Part shown: positions 1 to 11,716 of the stretch, one piece after another
Layout: the number at the start of each line of letters is the position of its first letter
Numbering within the stretch: position 1 is the first letter of the stretch
DNA from: Octopus sinensis
Taxonomy: Eukaryota
DNA: 64,000 nucleotides
Reading direction: 5' to 3'
Assembly: GCF_006345805.1 (NCBI RefSeq)
Contig: NC_042997.1
Coordinates: 116,126,001-116,190,000 of the forward strand
Notes under the pieces: model-generated
What the model saw: the letters and a program-made list of their open reading frames with translations, nothing else
What the model was told of the DNA's origin: nothing
The model's database searches: none
Made by a program: the position numbers and the translations under genes

Positions 1-202
1 ACAGAGGGGACAACAAGGACAGACAAACGGATTAAGTCGATTATATCGACCCCAGTGCGTAACTGGTACTTATTTTATCGACCCCGAAAGGATGAAAGGC
101 AAAGTCGACCTCGGCGGAATTTGTACTCAGAACGTAACGGCAGACGAAATACGGCTACGCATTTCGCCCGGCGTGCTAACGTTTCTGCCAGCTCGCCGCC
201 TT
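1..202 (-). mobile_element. SINE family A copy, truncated by window start
   Basis: Reverse complement of head aaggcggcgagctggcagaaacgttagcacgccgggcgaaatgc with B-box-like gagt(t/a)caaattcc; many near-identical copies in the window. Confidence 0.85.
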
Positions 203-254
203 AATAACTTTAATAATAATAACAAAAATTGTATGGCCTTGTGTATAGTCTAAT

Positions 255-640
255 GTCACTTCAAATACACTAAACCAACTGGAAACCGAGGAACAACATC
301 CCCTATAACATCAAGTAAAGGGCCCGAAAAAGTTAGTCATATGGGAACAGATCAAAGAAATATAGCTTCTGTATAGCAGAAAAAAAAAAGACAAGATCTT
401 TATTATGTATGTTCTATAGAAATGAAGCTGTATACCTTAATTTTTTATCCTTATATACGAAGACCAAGAAGAAATCTTGTGAAAGAGAGTTTACTTTAAC
501 GAGATACCTCTTGAAATCACCTGAGGAGATGCATCTACACCGAGAGATACACCTAAACCAGTTGTGTAGTATCCCAACTACGGAAGATCGATGCTAAATT
601 GGTCGGTGCAATTGTAGTGATCAATAAAGATGCTCATATC
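255..640 (+). mobile_element. Penelope-like element 3' remnant: decayed GIY-YIG C-terminal region plus hammerhead motif
   Basis: With stops and frameshifts reads NWKPRNNIPYNIK*...SYGNRSKKYSFCIAEKK...RNEAVYLNFLSLYTK, resembling the PLE pattern IWKLK.NNIPY.IKW...C.LC..EK..I...LN. Followed by ATCAC-CTGAGGA...CAATTG-TA-GTGAT (516-621). Confidence 0.6.
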
Positions 641-1303
641 GTCCATCTCTCATTAACCACACACACACAGACACATGTGCGTATATATCTATATACACAC
701 TCAAGCACACACACAGACACTATATATGTACACACACAAGTTGATCGAGAAGCACCGAACCTCATGCATGAATATTCTTAAAAGATGAGGATTTAATAGA
801 TACGTGAGTTAAATGTAAACATCCATAAAAATCAATATTTTTTTTCCTAATAGCAATTCATAATAGTTATATTGACACCGAAGTATTAACGCAAATACAC
901 ACACGCACGCCATGAAACGTGCAAAGAGAAGCATAAACAGATACAAGCGTCACGAACTGTCTCAATTGTTTTACGCTTTGCTCCTTTCTGAATGTAATTG
1001 GAAGCGGCCAGCTAAACCGTTATTGGTATTACTTTGAAATTTGACTTCTAATTATTTAATCTGTCTCTAATTAGCTCCTGAACTGACTACTGTAAATGTT
1101 ACAGTCATGATATTACCAGATTATCTTCTCACATAATAATTGAATCGACGCCAAACAGGATTAAATGACATATCTATGAAAGCTAATTCGGAAGAATCTG
1201 ATACAAAACTGCTTCATTAAAGGTAGCCATATTGTTTGTGTTAGTTTAATGTAGAGGAAGGAGTTGAGCTTATAGCCTTCGCAATGAAGATAATAATAAT
1301 TAT

Positions 1304-1663
1304 AGGATTTTAAGCGACTTCCCCATGACGCCTGATCATATTACTGAAGCAAATAGACCGGATATGATCATAGAGAACAAAATAAACAAAGATCTTAGAC
1401 TTTGCAATTTCCTATGATAACAGAATCGATACAAAAGAAATTGAAAGAAGTGGGAAATATCAAGATCTAAGCCAGAGAAGTGAGGAGATTGTGGAAGCCC
1501 AAGAGAGCAATTATTCCTGCGGTAGTTTGGTGCCCTGAACATAAAATCCAAAATGCTACATAAGAGACTAAAAGAGACTGAAATTTACACTTGCTTTGTC
1601 GACCGACAGAAAAGTACCTTCATATATTCTGCAAGAAGCTTAAGAAAAATTCTTCAGATTTGA
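1304..1663 (+). pseudogene. R4/Dong-type LINE restriction-like endonuclease remnant
   Basis: Reads RILSDFPMTPDHITEANRPDMIIENKINK, then frameshifted ISYDNRIDTKEIERSGKYQDLS...GALNIKSK...RSLRKILQI*; begins just after (TAA)n at 1291-1300. Confidence 0.7.
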
Positions 1664-1719
1664 GAAGACGTCATTAGACCTCAAAATAAAATTCCTCTCA
1701 GTTAAATTAATGATATATT

Positions 1720-2125
1720 CCGAAACCCTCCGCGATAGGTAAAAATCCGCGAAGTAAAAACGGATGATTTGCAAACAACTTGCATATGCAAGTGCTATCA
1801 ATCAAAAGCTCCGCATATCGGATGCCAGCAAGTGTATGGGGCCATCAGGAGAGAATGCGCGCCGTTTTGGGGCCTACCTCTCGACGGTATCATTGCGCAC
1901 CGGCCCCGCTTGCTAGATCAACTGGTTATCAAATAGAGTTCAATATTCTTCCGGCCATCGCTTATCGTCTTTTTTTTTTTAACCAAATCCAGTATCTATA
2001 TATTTTTATTATTTTAATAATTTGTATATATTTTATTATAAATGCAAAACAACACCACGGAGGAATCGGCGTATCTTGAATAATAAACCGCGATACATGA
2101 ATCGCGATATGGCGAGGGATTACTG
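1720..2125 (-). mobile_element. Tc1/mariner (Tigger-like) MITE, one end missing
   Basis: Ends cgagggattactg followed by TA; homologous to the complete copy at 51867-52118; carries ~200 bp of extra internal sequence. Confidence 0.65.
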
Positions 2126-2226
2126 TAGCGCACAAGGTATGTGCTGATTTGCAATTACAGCGTACAAGTCGAATAGATTCAAATGAGTTTGAAACAGCTT
2201 AATTATGGTAACATTATCGATATTAA

Positions 2227-2965
2227 AAGGCGGCGAGCTGGCAGAATCGTTAGCACGCGAGGCGAGATGCTTCGCTAGTTTTTCGTCTGTCTGTACGTTC
2301 TGAGTTCAAATTCCGCCGAGGTCGACTTTGCCTTTCATCCTTTCGCAGTCGATAAATTAAGTACCAGTTCCGTCCTGGGATCGATCTAATTGACTAGCCT
2401 CCTTTCCCAAAGTTTCAGGTATTATGCCTAGAGTAGAAAAGAATATTAAAAGACGGTGAGGTGGCAGAAACGTTAAAACGCCGGGCGAAATGCTTCGCGA
2501 GTATTTCGTCGGTCTTTACGTTCTGAGTTCAAATTCCACCGAGGTTGACTTTGCCTTTCATCCTTTCGGGGTTGATAAATTAAGCACCAGTTAGCACGTC
2601 GGGTGAAATGCTTCAAAAGTATTTCGTCTGTTCAAATTCCGCCGATGTCGACTTTGCCTTTTATCCTTTCGGGGTCGATAAATTAAGTACCAGTTCTAAT
2701 CGACTAGCCTCCTCTCCCAAAATTTCAGGTCTTATGTCTAGAGTAGAAAAAAATATTAAAAGGCGGCGAGCTGGCAGAAACGTTAAAACGCCGGGCGAAA
2801 TGCTTCGCGAGTATTTCGTCGGTCTTTACGTTCTGAGTTCAAATTCCACCGAGGTTGACTTTGCCTTTCATCCTTTCGGGGTTGATAAATTAAGCACCAG
2901 TTGCGTACTGGGATCGATCTAATAGACTGCCCCCCACCCACTAATTTCAGGCCTTGTTCTTAGAG
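2227..2965 (+). mobile_element. Tandem cluster of four SINE A units
   Basis: Heads or cores start near 2227, 2449, 2600 and 2758; units 2 and 4 are nearly identical. Confidence 0.85.
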
Positions 2966-3498
2966 TAGTAGAGATTATCAATATTATATTCTTAAAATAT
3001 ACGTGATTTTTAAAAGCCACAAGCTGCGGTTTTCCTCCCGGGAAGATCACTTTGAAGACGTTGAAATTCTGTTACCCTTTTATCTTTTACTTGCATTAGT
3101 CATGAGACTACGACCATGCTGGGGCATGGCCATAAAAAATTTTAGTCGAATGAATCGACTCGGGCACTTATTCTTTTATTTTTTTTTTTAGCCTGGTACT
3201 TATTATATAAATCTCTTTTGCCGAGCCACTATGTTACTGGGATGTAAACACCTCAACACCGGTTGTCAACCGATGGTGGGGACAAGCCTAGACACACACA
3301 CACATCATGTATGTATATATATATATAAAATGAGATAGGGGTTGTAAATTCAACCCTATATGGGATAACATATATCCAATATACTGCTAGAGAAGTACCC
3401 AACAAAGCTAATACATAAATGTTAAAAATTGCGATGCAATTAATTCATCTACTGTATTATGTGGGCAAAGGTAAAATTATTTTTACCGTAAATTAATA

Positions 3499-4000
3499 AT
3501 ACAAAATGAGAAAATGGAGAAATATATCTAAATCAATCATCAACCATCAGATAATACTCAATCAATACTTTATTAAACCATTACACAATAGCAATGATAT
3601 TATACATTAATATAGTACAAATATAACAAGACATAGAAAAAGAAATAGAACTACATTTACATTGTAGCTGACAGCTGTTTCGGCCGTGAAGACAGGTATG
3701 TCCCATTTAACCTATTACCCATATAAAGCAGGTATAAATGAGACATTAACAAGAATATCTCACGGCCTCTTCAGAGAATTTAATGCAAGTATGAAAAAAA
3801 TTTACATATAAATATAAATATGTGTGCATACACACTCATATTCTTGTAAATGTATTTCTATTTCTATGTCTTGTTATATTTGTACTATATTAATGTATAA
3901 TATCATTGCTATTGTGTAATGGTTAATAAAGTATTGATTGGGTATTATCTGATGGTTGATGATTGATTTAGATATATTTCTCCATTTTCTCATTTTGTAT
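3499..4000. repeat. Fold-back element with ~155-bp inverted arms around a hammerhead motif
   Basis: 3499-3660 is the reverse complement of 3846-4000 with few differences. Confidence 0.9.
3668..3776 (-). ncRNA. Minimal type I hammerhead ribozyme candidate with long stem II
   Basis: CU-CUGAAGA-GGCCGUGA(70 nt)UCACGGCC-GAAA-CAGCUG-UC-AG; palindromic stem III; only 2 bp of stem I. Confidence 0.65.
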
Positions 4001-4086
4001 ATATATATATATATATATATATCTCTCTCGTTCTCTCTCCCTCTCTCTCTCTCTATATATATATACACACACACATATATTACATA

Positions 4087-4177
<91 letters not shown>

Positions 4178-4290
4178 GCATGCATACTTTTGGTATGCAA
4201 ATTAGGGCCTCCTTCATAGAGTTACTGCTGAGCTGAATTCGTTGAGTATTTAAACAGTTTGGCTACTTGGACTGTCAGAATGGTGTAGAC

Positions 4291-4333
4291 GCCTCTGATG
4301 AGAACACAATGAGGTTCGAAAATCGATTAAGTT
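4291..4333 (+). ncRNA. Minimal type I hammerhead ribozyme candidate
   Basis: GCCU-CUGAUGA-GAAC(acaaugag)GUUC-GAAA-AUCGAU-UA-AGUU; intact core, palindromic stem III, imperfect stem I. Confidence 0.65.
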
Positions 4334-4419
4334 TGTTCATAATTTTGTCAGTCTGTGGAGAAATGGCTAAAAATTTTCCCTGTTTATACTTATACCATAT
4401 GTTACACGCGCGCACACGC

Positions 4420-4502
<83 letters not shown>

Positions 4503-4609
4503 ATATATATATATACACATATATTTCCGTGATTTAAAATTCAACTAAAACAGCACTCCATCAGGTGAGAGCTAGATATTTATTTAAAGGTCACAATACA
4601 TGTATCAAA

Positions 4610-4665
4610 GCGCTATTAATAGTTTCATATGTTGAGAAAACTCTGATAGGTATTCTTCAGGCGCA
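4610..4665 (-). ncRNA. Hammerhead motif, partly decayed
   Basis: GCGC-CUGAAGA-AUA...UAU-GAAA-CUAUUAA-UA-GCGC; mismatches in stems II and III. Confidence 0.55.
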
Positions 4666-4929
4666 AACCACATATCGTAACTAACTAAAGAAATTGAATA
4701 ACAGAAGAAACGCGAAAGAAACTGAGAAGACAGCATATAGAAAACGTGGAAAACGAAAAACAGAATCTAAAATATTTACCGTACTACTTTTTGATTTTTA
4801 CATTTTAGTATCTGTTTTTCGTTTTCCGTTGTTTACTGTCTGCGTTTTCTATAAGTTGCCTTCTCAATTTTCTCACGTTTCTTCCATTCTTTTACTGTTC
4901 AATTTATTTTTAGTTCGTTATATGTGGTT

Positions 4930-4984
4930 TGCGCCTGAAGAATATGTTTGAGTTTTCTCAACACATGAAACTATTAGTAGCGCA
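4930..4984 (+). ncRNA. Minimal type I hammerhead ribozyme candidate
   Basis: UGCGC-CUGAAGA-AUAUGUUUGAG(uuuu)CUCAACACAU-GAAA-CUAUUAG-UA-GCGCA; 5-bp stem I, GUA triplet, predicted cut after 4979. Confidence 0.75.
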
Positions 4985-5009
4985 TTACAACATGTATTGT
5001 GACCTTTTA

Positions 5010-5056
<47 letters not shown>

Positions 5057-5061
5057 ATATA

Positions 5062-5370
5062 TACGGCGGACCTCTTTCAGTTTCGCGTACCAAATCCATT
5101 CACAAGGCTCTGGTCGACCCGAGGCTATAGTAGTAATTTGCCCAGGGTGTCACGCAGTGGGACTGAACCGCAAACCATGTAGTTGGGAAGTAAAGATATT
5201 ACCAACTAGCCACGTCTGCACTTATATATATATATATATGTATATGTGAGTGTGTGTACGATGTGCTTCTTTCAGTTTCCGTCAGCCAAATCCTCTCACA
5301 CAGCTTTAGTCGGCCCGAGGCTATAGTAGGAGACACTTGCCCATGTGGTTGGGAAGTAAACTTCTTACCA
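5062..5370 (-). mobile_element. SINE family B fragments (head half)
   Basis: Reverse complement of ggtt...agtcccactgcgtg...ctactatagcctcgg...gaaactgaaaga. Confidence 0.7.
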
Positions 5371-5899
5371 CACAGATAGAAAAACAATATAAATCTATGA
5401 CGATATTAAATAACCACTGCACGTCAGAATATGAATTACAGTCGTCAACTATAGAAATGATAAAGCAAAACTTGAGCTCTTAATCAGTGACTGCAGAAAG
5501 ACGTTGAAACAACGTCCTACATGGCAGAGGACTGTTCAAGCAGAAATCTTCTTAGCGCTACACAATAACGACATAATAACTTAACAATGCGTCTGTGTAT
5601 AACATTCGGTCGAGTGTAAGGTGGCTTACGACATAATCAAGGCTGGCCGAGATCAAACCAACGACAACAATATAAATATAGATGTTATAGAGCAACTAAA
5701 ATACTACAGGATTATTGCAGAAAGACTTTCAATGATTAAAAAGAAAAACTGTTTTCTGTTATTCATGTTTAGTCTTGTGTGGTTTCGTGTACGTAACCGG
5801 TGCAACGTCTAATTTTATACTTGTCCTGTAGTTTTTTTTTTTACTTCCCTGCTGCTGTACCTAAACAATATAATAACTCATCTCTCTGGTATAATAAAA

Positions 5900-6090
5900 T
5901 TATGACAAACACAAATCTCCTCGACCGCAGCCAAACGAAGTACATAAAGTTGATTTGCAAAAATATATGTGACCTATTCGCTGGAATATAGTGAATCGGT
6001 AATCTAATATAATGGCCATAGAAACAGTTGGAGACGGTGGTGCCCCAGCGTTGTCGTAGTCGGTTCAAACCAGTAAAAGAATGAAAGAAA
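5900..6090 (+). mobile_element. Old CR1-like LINE 3' end remnant
   Basis: Ends gacggtggtgccccagcgttgtcgtagtcggttcaaaccagtaaaagaatgaaag, a diverged version of the tail at 42220-42283. Confidence 0.4.
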
Positions 6091-6278
6091 TAACAAAAGA
6101 CAATCCCCCCCACACACACGGGTCTGAACGATCGTTGTAAGCAATAAAGTTTCTCGTATATTCCATTCGTTATATGCACACACACACACATATATATATA
6201 TATATACACACACATATAGGTGTATGTATTTGTGCATATAAATAATATTGTATATAAATATGCATATGTACATATATG

Positions 6279-6324
<46 letters not shown>

Positions 6325-6518
6325 TGTATATATACACACATATATATATGTATATATATATACATGTATATGTACATATATGTAGTATGTATGTATGTAT
6401 ATACATATATACCCACGAACGGTCATGCATATACATTTAGGAGTTTGATTCATGTCTATATGCGAGAGCGAGCAAGACGGACCTATCACATCAGATAACT
6501 GGAGAAGACTCGTCTCCA

Positions 6519-6572
6519 CATATCTGATGAGATGTGTCCGTCCTACTCACCTACGAAGCTTTAAGTCGTATG
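6519..6572 (+). ncRNA. Hammerhead motif variant overlapping a 67-nt hairpin (6476-6542)
   Basis: CAUAU-CUGAUGA-(weak stem II)-GAAG-CUUUAAG-UC-GUAUG; 5-bp stem I; GAAG in place of GAAA. Confidence 0.5.
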
Positions 6573-6877
6573 GTGCTGGCTCAAACTATTATTCAAAAAT
6601 ATATTTAACTTCTGACATCTACTGAATGTGTTGAGTACCACTGTCTTTCGTTTGTCTAGTCACTTGTGTGTGTGAGTGTCTGTATGCTTGCGTGTGTCTG
6701 TCTGTGTCTCTGTGTGTGTATGTGCATGTATATAATATATATATATGAGGTGTGACCTTTTTACAACTTAATAATCTTATACTGTAATTCAATAATTTCA
6801 TAAAAGTCAGGAAACTAATATTTATTTTGCTTTATTTGAAAAAAAAAACAACATTACTCCCATCTTAAGAAATCGAT

Positions 6878-9390
6878 CACCACTTTTGACCCAAATCAGG
6901 TAAATTTCTAGTTGGGGGGTGGGGTTCATAACGCCTGCTCAAGGTTTTACTAAACTCAATGTGCTGATTCAATGCAATGCAGAAATAGTATATCTGGAAT
7001 TTCAGCTTTCTAGTTGAAGTAGTTTCGGAGTTATGGGATTTTAAACTATAATCACTAGGTGGCACTAGATTCACACCAGTATTTCTGCTGCCTAAATCCT
7101 TGTAAACGCAAGAGAGATGTGGAATAAAAGTGTATTTATACATTTCTAAGATTACTGAATTGAAATTGTTCTATGCAAAGGTTATTTATTTTATCAAAAC
7201 TAGGCTATTTTATTGCAGAGGCCATTACAAGCATTCGATAACATACGAAATTAAAAACAATACACATTTTTAACTTTATAGATTTTTCCAATTTTAAATA
7301 ACTGTATAGGAGTGCTAAATGTTAGCAAATTTTTAAACAAAGAATTAATACGTTTTGTTAGATAAAATAAATCGAAGCTGAAGTTTCTCTTTCTTTTTAC
7401 AAACATCATAAAGATCTTGAAGGCACTTGATTGCCCGTTCTGCACTCTCATTTGTTCTGTAAATTTCCAGTTTTTATGGTTCTCGACTTCAGAAGTTTTT
7501 ACGGGGTTCAATGCTTTTTTATGAACTTGCAGGCTACCACAAAACTTGTGATAATCATGTGCATTGAAAATTTGGTCAGTAAACCAAAATCTGCCCAGCT
7601 GTAAGAGATGAATCGAAAAACATTGAGAAGCAAAACTCTTTTCTCTGGTAGAAGTATAAATGCCAAAAGAGCTAGTATTGCTCGAGAATTCAATCTTGCA
7701 TTACTTAAGTTGGGTATTTTTTGAAACTTTATAGTAGGAAATTTTCTGGTTTCTTCAAAGAAACGAAAAACTCTGGTCAAATGAAATAGAAATTTCATGT
7801 CAGCTCACCATCCTGCCGATCCAGTAATCTTTTCTTCACCATTGTTGAAATTAACCGGAAGTTTCTCATAATTACTTAAACGCTCTGAGATGAATGTGTA
7901 TTCAATATTGGAAGATGACCTTTTTTTCTCCAAGTTCGTTATCCATTACAACACGAAGAACTCTATCAAGGATATGATGCTGACAACCAATAAATTGCAG
8001 TTCTTTCAAACCCTTTTGAGCAAACAGTTTTTGCAATTAAATGACAATGCCATTACTTTTTCCAGTGTTCACACTCGTTGTGTCAGCGACAATTATCTTT
8101 ACACAGTTCCATAAATTGTATTCAGCTAAAATAGCTTTAATTCCTTTCAAACCAGTATCGGATTTTCCCTTTGGTAATTGGAGTACTCCTAACTTAACTT
8201 CTACCCGTTCATTCTTTAAAACTAGCACTTGGTATTCTTGGTCATCAATATGTTTACCATCAAAATGCAATGACCAATTTTCTAAATGTAGTATTTTCTT
8301 CATTTTCTTTTTTAGTTTAACAGCTTCTTTGATATTCGATCTGTAAATACCAGATTTGGAAGGAGTCTCGACATTGATTCCATTTCGAGATAATTGTCGA
8401 CAAACTGTTGCTGCTTTTTGGGTTGATAGCTTGGAAGTTATTACTAACTTGGTTGCAGTTCCAATTTTGCTAAACTTCCTCCTTGTTTGTGTGGATTCTT
8501 CATCTGATTTTTCGGACTCTTGATATTCACTTTCAGTCTCTGCTTCAGACGCTGACGATGACACTGGAGTTGCTCTGGCTGAAGTTGGCATTAAGGACTC
8601 TTTTCTTCTTTTAGACGGATGGGTAGTTTTGGAACTGGCCGCCTTTCCAGTTGCATACCCAACCTTCCCTTGCTTTCAATTTGAAGATAATATAACCTAT
8701 CCTCACTGTACAGTCAGTTACCGTTTTCCTTTGTGATGTCAAAAATTCCTTTCAATGAATCGTATTTTCTTTCTTTTACACATTTATCGTATGAATTCAA
8801 CACTTTTCATACTTTTGCTTGTACATTTTGAATTGATAAATATGAGAAATTTAATTTCTTTTGCCATAAAAAAGTTACTTCTTTCGAAATTTCCTTTGTT
8901 CTTTCCTTCCTTTGATGGTACATCCAAGGAACAGATAGCGACCGACAATTTGAAGTTTCATTGGTATCCTGTAGTTGCTTTCCAAAGAATCCTCTTCTAG
9001 AGGAACAGGTCTTCTTTTCCCATATAAGTCTTGAAATTGCACGAGATTCTTCGTCCAGATTTTTTTTGTTTCTTTGAGTGACACAAGCGCTTCTCTTATG
9101 AGACATTATTTTAGGTATTCTAGTTGCATAAGCCTACTATTATGAAAAACAGTTAATATAGTCAGAGTCTATATATATAATATAGCGTCACAGAAATAAA
9201 AAAGAGAGGAAGAGGATATTTCCTAGATTAGGGTCTAAGCAGTAACAAATTAAAATCTCTGTAACTCCTAAATTACTTAAACTTGACATCTGAAATTTGA
9301 GATATACTGCTTCTGCAGGTTTGGTAAAAACTTGAATAGGCATTATGAACCCACTAGAATTTTTCATGATTTGCGTCAAAAGTGGTGTTA
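6878..9390 (-). mobile_element. Decayed hAT-type (hATm-like) DNA transposon with long imperfect inverted ends
   Basis: 6878-7050 and ~9260-9390 are imperfect inverted repeats (caccacttttgac... / gtcaaaagtggtg) flanking a fragmented transposase; true termini and TSD not resolved. Confidence 0.7.
7250..9106 (-). pseudogene. Fragmented DDE transposase
   Basis: Collinear motifs across frames: SLHFDGK, VADTTSVNTGKSNG, FIGCQHHILDRVL and C-terminal ESAERAIKCLQD; many stops and frameshifts. Confidence 0.8.
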
Positions 9391-9761
9391 CATTTCTGCA
9401 GTTGGGGGTGACATCTATAAAAAAAACTTAAAATAAAGGTTATTTTTCCTACTTATATGAAATTGTTAATACATTCATATGCAGTAATCACATTCGGTTA
9501 AGAGATTGTGTTGTTTTACATCATTTTATTTCTTCTGGAATAATATCAATGTTTTCTTAGAAACATATGTCGGAAGTATAAAGATTTGAATAAAACCAGC
9601 GTTTAACTGCATTTATTTATTTATCTACGTCATTCAAAAACATTTCACTAAACTCTGGAATTTCTACCTTTATAAGTAGGCTGTTACATTCTTGGTACTT
9701 ATGTGGATTTTTGCTACCCTGGTATCTATTTATTTATTTTTTCCGTGTTATTTGTACATAT

Positions 9762-10170
9762 AGGCATAAGAGCGGCTGTGTGATAAGTAGCTTGCTTACC
9801 AACCACATGGTTCCGGGTTCAGTCCCACTGCATGGCACCTTGGGCAAGTGTCTTCTACTATAGCCTCGGGCCGACCAAAGCCTTGTGAGTGGATTTAGTA
9901 GACGGAAACTGAAAGAAGCCCGTCATATATATGTATATATATGTGTATGTGTGTGTATATGTTTGTGTATTCGTGTTCGTCCCCCTCAACATCGCTTGAC
10001 AACCGATGCTGATGTGTATAGGTCCCCGAAACTTAGCGGCTAGGCGAAAGAGACCGATAGAATAAGTACTAGGCTTACAAAGAATGTCCTGGGGTCGATT
10101 TGCTTGACTAAAGGCGGTGCTCCAGCATGGCCACAATCAAATGACTGAAACAAGTAAAAGAGAGTAAAGA
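9762..10170 (+). mobile_element. SINE family B, full length
   Basis: A-box-like ggctgtgtg, B-box-like ggttcagtccc, internal (TA/TG)n, tail ggcggtgctccagcatggccac...gaaacaagtaaaaga. Confidence 0.9.
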
Positions 10171-10187
10171 GCTAGAAAAAATACACA

Positions 10188-10235
<48 letters not shown>

Positions 10236-11418
10236 TACACAAGCATTTGCATGTGTATATAAATGTGTGTGTGTGTTAAAATGTATCTATAGAAATGTAT
10301 GTATGTATGTGTATGTATATATATATGAAAATGTATCTATGCGTGAGTTACATACAGCCTCGTTGTCATTGCTGTCGTCAGAATTGTAATAAATCAGTGA
10401 TTGGTCCATTAAAAACGTGTAGTGAACGTGTAGTGCATCATGAAATTAAAGAAGAAAATATTCAACAAACAAACAATCCAGCAAAGAAACAAACAAACGA
10501 CTAAATGGCTTCTACGTCAGGTTTAGATAGATAAATGATGGCGCAGCTTTGACAGAGATTAAAGATACACTTGGCTGGAGACTTTATCGTGAAAATAAAA
10601 AAATTCACAGATTAGGACAGAAGCTGAATGAATAGAAATCAATGCGCTATTGAAGATTTTAAAAATAGAATCGTTTCAGTAGTGAAGAATTTGGAAACAC
10701 GGAAACACGGAATAGAATTACAAATGGAAAGGCCAAAATCAGAATATACAAGCATACAAAATTTCGTGTGTATATGTGTCTGTATGCATGCATACAAACA
10801 TGTATATATTTCTATTTCTCCCGCTCTCTCTATATACATACCTACATACATACGTACGTACATACGTACATATATAAAGTTAATACTATATTCTATTTCC
10901 CATCTCTATCATGTGTTATATACTCAACGAACACTGAAGAAATTTTGAGGTAGATCCAGCGAAAATTGTGTAAATACTGTGGAGGATGTTAGATAGCCAT
11001 AGACAACGAAAGGGTTTCATTGGTTAACTACTTGGAACATAATACTTACTTAAATAATTGCACGCACACATACATATAAGTTGACGTCCCCCCCCCGGCT
11101 AGGCCGGCAGGCCATTGGCATCTGCAGTTCGCGGTTGTATATTTGGCTATTCGCAGCTAACCTCCATCCGCCATTCGGGATCGCGCATATGTGTGTAAAA
11201 CTTTTAACATCTTTTCTCCATTTTTGTTAGTTGAGTTTATATAGGATTATATCCTATAAATACTCATAACACATATTTTACTTGTTAAATTTTCATATTT
11301 TAAAAAATAAATACTTACAATAGTAAGCTACAATTTTAATATGAAGAATCTTTATTAGAAATCTAACTTTGCACCCCCTCCCCAAAATAAAAATGTTCTA
11401 ATTGAACTCAACTTTTCT

Positions 11419-11472
<54 letters not shown>

Positions 11473-11542
11473 TATATTCGCTATGATAGATCGCTAGCCA
11501 CTAAACCCTTTCTATTTTCTCTCCCTATTTATTTCTGTGTTC

Positions 11543-11578
11543 CTTTCTGTTGAAGAGCGTAGGCTCGAAACGTAAAAG
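11543..11578 (+). ncRNA. Hammerhead motif with non-canonical core CUGUUGA
   Basis: CUUU-CUGUUGA-A-GAGC(guag)GCUC-GAAA-CG-UA-AAAG; stems I and II fully paired, stem III reduced to CG. Confidence 0.55.
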
Positions 11579-11651
11579 ACTTTCTCACTTCCCGAGCGTT
11601 AAACTAATACTTTTGTTTATTTGTAAATTTTCACCACACACACACACACAC

Positions 11652-11697
<46 letters not shown>

Positions 11698-11716
11698 ATC
11701 TTACGTTTGTGTTAGG

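Larger units (their letters stand above)
4579..5015. repeat. Fold-back element carrying two inverted hammerhead motifs
   Basis: Whole segment is an imperfect palindrome centred near 4790; outer ends tttatttaaaggtcacaatacatgt and acatgtattgtgaccttttaaataaa. Confidence 0.9.

Noticed and set aside
11233-11265. Hairpin that might be a hammerhead stem II
   Set aside because: Neither CUGANGA nor GAAA is present
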